Below, in pieces: positions 59,076-64,000 of a stretch of 64,000 nt of DNA; position 1 is the first letter of the stretch; each line of letters starts with the position of its first letter. Below the pieces are notes generated by a model. It worked only from the letters and a program-made list of their open reading frames with translations, was not told where the DNA came from and ran no database searches. The DNA is from Scyliorhinus canicula (taxonomy: Eukaryota). The translations under genes and the position numbers were made by a program. The stretch spans positions 16,339,327-16,403,326 of the forward strand of contig NC_052172.1 of assembly GCF_902713615.1 (NCBI RefSeq), in the 5' to 3' direction.

Positions 59076-59902
59076 GAATGCTCCATCATTCCCTCAGTAT
59101 CGCATTGGAGAGTCAGCCTTGATTATTGTGATCAAGCCCTAGAGCAGGATTTGAAGCAGGAATTTTGTGACTCACAGGCAAGTATGCTACCAACTGGGGC
59201 ACAGCTGACACACTACTGATTAATTGGTAGATAATTGTTCCAATTCTTCAATTGCTCAAACTACCTGATGTCTCCCTCCTAAGTCCAGCTGTTAAAATTT
59301 CACAGACATCAAAATCAGCTTCTGATTAAGTTAATGGATGATGTCAAAACGGTGGTATGTCTGATTGGCAGGGAGTCAGCAATATTAGCTTTGATAGACA
59401 CCTACCTTTACAAAGATTGTTAACAATTACAGCAATACAATTCCAGCACATTATTTGGTCAAATTTCTTATCTGGTTGGGGCTGGTTTAGCTCACTGAGC
59501 TAAATCGCTGGCTTTTAGAGCAGGCCAGCAGCACGGTTCGATTCCCGTACCAGCCTCCCCGGACAGGCGCCGGAATGTGGCGACTAGGGGCTTTTCACAG
59601 TAACTTCATTGAAGCCTACTCGTGACAATAAGTGATTTTCATTTCATTTTCATTTTTCATCTGAGAAATCAGTCGTGTTGTTTGGCCGGCCATTGAGAAA
59701 TTTGAAAGTGTGATAAAGTTCAGAAGACATTTGGATTATTTGCTTTTCTGCTGCAGGCCCATTTCTGCCCTTCTCACCTTCATTTCCATAATAATACAAA
59801 TTACAGATTATTATTTTAATGTCTACTTTTCTTTTACTGACAGGAGTCTTGTCTGAGCCCATCACGCACCAGTTGAGCCTTTCAGTGCTCCATTCTACCA
59901 TT

Positions 59903-60135
59903 CAAACATGTACCAAATGTTTCAAACATGTTTCAAACATGTATCAAATGTTTCAAACATGTTTCAAACATGTACCAAATGTTTCTCAGATGTACCAAAC
60001 ATGTTTTAAACATGTACCAAATGTTTCAAACATGTTTCAAACATGTATCAAATGTTTCAAACATGTTTCAAACATGTACCAAATGTTTCTAAGATGCATC
60101 AAACATGTTCAAACATGTGCCAAATGTTTCAAACT
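59903..60135. repeat. AT-rich short-period repeat (aaacatgtttc / caaatgtttc)
   Basis: Direct reading; a shorter copy lies at 50525-50671. Confidence 0.85.
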
Positions 60136-60814
60136 ACGACCTCCACATTTTGAACATGCTGAGTGCACAAAATTAATGAAAACAGCATTCTATTGGTAAA
60201 TAACTGTAAAAAAACAAAACAAAACAAATCATGGCAGGATAAGCTGAACAACTAACTAGAAGTTTATTTGATTTGGTTCAGCTGACTGCCAAATTCTTTA
60301 TCTGACCATTATTGGTCAGCCTTATAGTCACCGCCTATTAAACAAAATGTTTGCTGTACAGAAAAAAAAAATAAAAAATTGCCCCTTAGTGTCCGAAGAT
60401 TAGGTGGGTTATAGGTTTACGGGGATGGGACAGGGGGGTGGGCCTAGATGGGTGCTTTTTCAGAGGGTTAGTGCGGACGCGATGGGCTGAGTGGCCTCCT
60501 TCTATGACACAGCCTCAGGATGTGGGCCAGACCATTTAGGACTGAGATGAAATGAAATGAAAACCGCTTATTGTCACGAGTAGGCTTCGAATGAAGTTAC
60601 TGTGAAAAGCCCCCTAGTCGCCACATTCCGGCGCCTGTTCGGGGAGGCTGGTACGGGAATCGAACCGTGCTGCTGGCCTGCTTTGGTCTGCTTTCAAAGC
60701 CAGCGATTTAGCCCAGTGAGCTAAACCAGCCCCTGAGGAGAAAGCTCTTCACTCAGAGTGTGCTGAACCTCTGCACCACAGAAGGCCGTGGAGGACAAGT
60801 CACTGAATGCATTC

Positions 60815-61590
60815 AAAAGAACAAAGAGCAGTACAGCACAGGAACAGGCCCTTCGGCCCTCCAAGCCTGCGCCGATCATGATGTGTGTCCAAACCAAAAC
60901 CTTCTGCAGTTCCGGGGTCCATATCCCTCTATTCCCGCCCGATTCAGGTATTTGTTAAGCTGCTTGTTAAAGGTCACTATTGTATCTGCTTTCACCACCT
61001 CCTCCGGCAGCGAGTTCCAGGCACCCACTGTGTAAGAAACTTGCCTCGTACATCTCCTCTAAACTTCCCCCCTTGCACCTTAAACCTATGCCCCCTAGTA
61101 ATTGACTTATCCACCCTGGGAAAAAGCTTCTGACTATCCACTCTGTCCATGCCAATCATTGTTTTGTAAACATCTATCAGGTCGCCCCTCAACCTGCGTC
61201 GTTCCAGTGAAAACAATCCTAGTTTAGCCAGCCTCTCCTCATACCAAATCCCTCCAGACCAGGCAACATCTGGTAAACCTCTTCCCTACCCTCTCCACCT
61301 CCTTCTGGTAGTGTGGTGTCCAGAAATGTATGCAGTATTCCAAAGTGGCCGCGCTAAGGTTCTGTCGCATGACCTGCCAATATTTATACTCAATGCCCCG
61401 GCCAATGAAGGCAAGCATGCCGTCTGCCTTCTTCACTACCTTCTCCACCTGCGTTGCCCCTTTCAGTGACCTGTGGACCTGTACACCTAGATCTCTCTGA
61501 CCGTCAATACACTTGAGGGTTCTGACATTTACTGCATAATTCACATCTGTATTAGACCTTCCAAAATGCATTGTTTCACATTGTCCGGAT
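60815..61590 (-). mobile_element. CR1 LINE 3' portion
   Basis: ORFs MHFGRSN...QRDLGVQVHRSLK and FSLERRRLRGDLIDVYK...ITRGHRFK. Confidence 0.9.
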
Positions 61591-61904
61591 AATAATAATA
61601 ATAATTAAAAAAAATTAAAAATTTAGAGTACCCAATTATTTTTTCCAATTAAGGGGCAATTTAGCGTGGCCAATCCACCTACCCTGCACATCTTTGGGTT
61701 GTGGGGGTGAAACCCACGCAGACACGGGGAGAATGTGCAAACTCCACACGGACAGTGACCCAGGGCCGGGATCGAACCTGGGACCTCAGCGCCGTGAGGC
61801 GGTTGTGCTAACCACTAGGCCACCGTGCTGCCCAATAATAATAATAATAACAGCTTATTGTCACAAGTAGGCTTCAGTGAAGTTACTGTGAAAAGCCCTC
61901 AGTC

Positions 61905-62450
61905 GCCCGCGGTGAAACACGCGAGAATCGCTCTGGATTTATCTGGAGAAAGTCCAGGGTGATTCTCCGGTTTGCAGAGGGCCAGCAGAGTGCTCCTCGC
62001 AGCTCCCGGCTGCCGATAGGGGGTCCCTGCACTTCCGGTCCGGGGTGGGGGTGGGGGGTGCGTCGGCCTCCCCGCTCGACATGGCTGACCCGCACCCCGG
62101 AACAGCACCGCAAACATAGCCCCCCCCCCCACCCTCCAGATCACACGCACCCCCCGGATTGGTGGCCCCTAATTGGTAGCCTGGCCATCCTGGAGGCCCC
62201 CCCCCCCCACCCCGGCCACCGATGAACGATCCCCCTGCCCCCCACCAGGACCGTGTCCGCGGACCGTGCCCGCGGCCGCCGCGCTGAGTTGCCGCCGGGT
62301 GGAACCGCGAGAGAACCACGCCAGCGGGAACTCGGCCAGCTGCACTCGGTGAATCGCTGCGGGGGCCACTTTCAATGACCCCTCATCGGCGCCGCGTCGA
62401 CCGCGTCAAACCCGTCGCTCTCGGGTTTGACGCCCATTCTCTGCCCCCGG
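61905..62450. mobile_element. GC-rich Harbinger-MITE-like fragment
   Basis: Composition and gattctcc/gagaatc motifs resemble the other Harbinger-derived pieces; termini unresolved. Confidence 0.35.
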
Positions 62451-63234
62451 GCTGTGTGATCTCGGAGCCGAGGCCCGGCCCGCCCCGGGTTGACGGCTGG
62501 GGACTGGGGTTGGGGGGGGGGTTGGGGGAGGGGGGGGATGTGAGAGTGAGATGTGAGGAGGAGGAGGAGGTGGAAGGTGAGGGGAAGATTAGAGAGATGG
62601 ATGAGAGGGAGGAAGAGAGAGGGAGAGGGAGGGATAGTGCATGAGGAGAGAGGAAGTGAGAAGAGGAGGGGGAAGGGAAGGGGGAGAGGAATGATTTGAG
62701 AGATGGAAAAGGGGATAGAGAGAGAGACAGGCGAAGAAAGTGAAGAGAGGGGGACTGGGAAAACGAGAAAGAGAGAGAGAATGGCAAAAGCGGTGGGGTA
62801 GAGAGAGGAGAGTGAAAGTGGGCGTGTGTGAGAGCATGATGCAGAGGAACGAGGAGACAGACAGAGACAGTGAGATCAACGCAAAGGTCAGTTTAATAAT
62901 TTGTTCCTATTGGATCTCAATGTAAATATTTAAAATGGATGAAACTAAAACTGGCCTGAAAGACCATTCCAAACGAAGGAAGGTTTGACCCAGAGCTGTA
63001 AACATTCTCTGATAATTGCCCTGACCACAAAGTTATACAAACTATCGTGGGTGACTTAAAGTTCAGAATTGTTTGGTGGTAACTTAAACACCACTGTGCA
63101 AAAGGGATAAATGTTGGTGAATCCCTCTTGTGTTGATTCACACAAAGGCGGTCTCTGTTCTAAATGTTGCTCAGATCAGGAGGGGACGAGTGGAACTGCT
63201 GCAGAAAATCAAAACTGCTACACTAGTTAAACAT

Positions 63235-64000
63235 TGGGGCAATGAGGAGGGAGCTTTACTCTGTATCTAACCCCATGCTGTACCTGTCCTGGGAGTGTTT
63301 GATGGGGACAGTGTAGAGGGAGCTTTACTCTGTATCTAACCCCGTGCTGTACCTGTCCTGGGAGAGTTTGATGGGGGCAATGAGGAGGAGCTTTACTCTG
63401 TATCTAACCCCGTGCTGTCCCTGTCCTGGGAGTGTTTGATGGGGACAGTGTAGATGGAGCTTTACTCTGTATCTAACCCCGTGCTGTACCTGTCCTGGGA
63501 GTGTTTGATGGGGGCAATGAGGAGGAGCTTTACTCTGTATCTAACCCCGTGCTGTACCTGTCTTGGGAGTGTTTGATGGGGACAGTGTAGAGGGAGCTTT
63601 ACTCTGTATCTAACCCTGTGCTGTACCTGTCCTGGGAGTGTTTGATGGGGACAGTGTAGAGGGAGCTTTACTCTATATCTAACCCCGTGCTGTACCTGTC
63701 CTGGGAGTGTTTGATGGGGACAGTGTAGAGGGAGCTTTACTCTGTATCTAACCCCGTGCTTTACCTGTCCTGGGAGTGTTGGATGGGGACAGTGTAGAGG
63801 GAGCTTTACTCTGTATCTAACCCCGTGCTCTACCTGTCTTGGGAGTGTTTGATGGGGACAGTGTAGAGGGAGCTTTACTCTATATCTAACCCCGTGCTGT
63901 ACCTGTCCTGGGAGTGTTTGATTGGGACAGTGTAGAGGGAGCTTTACTCTGTATCTAACCCCGTGCTGTACCTGTCCTGGGAGTGTTTGATGGGGACAGT
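63235..64000 (-). repeat. 69-bp satellite array in inverted orientation, running off the window
   Basis: Reverse complement of the 56071-59075 unit. Confidence 0.97.

Overview
Repeat-rich vertebrate genomic DNA, most likely from a shark (Scyliorhinus-like). This is inferred from dense HE1-type tRNA-derived SINEs, CR1/L1/RTE LINE relics, Penelope elements and Harbinger transposons. Three protein-coding genes are well supported: nanos2 (single coding exon, +, 20510-20983); a ZBTB1-like BTB/zinc-finger gene (+, non-coding exon 1 at about 33.1-33.2 kb, CDS 35427-37538); and a compact three-exon polr1g/CD3EAP (-, 45759-42635). NANOS2 and POLR1G both lie on human 19q13.32 while ZBTB1 lies on 14q23, so the ZBTB gene may be a retained ohnolog of ZBTB1 with no recognised counterpart at human 19q13. 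The window also holds an orphan housekeeping-type promoter at about 6.7 kb, six solo LTRs with target-site duplications (TSDs), Penelope termini carrying minimal hammerhead ribozymes, several minisatellites including two inverted 69-bp arrays, a modular SINE family with swapped tails, and a 570-bp local templated duplication. Almost all other ORFs in the six-frame track are repeat artefacts. Protein family assignments come from remembered motifs and were not database-checked.
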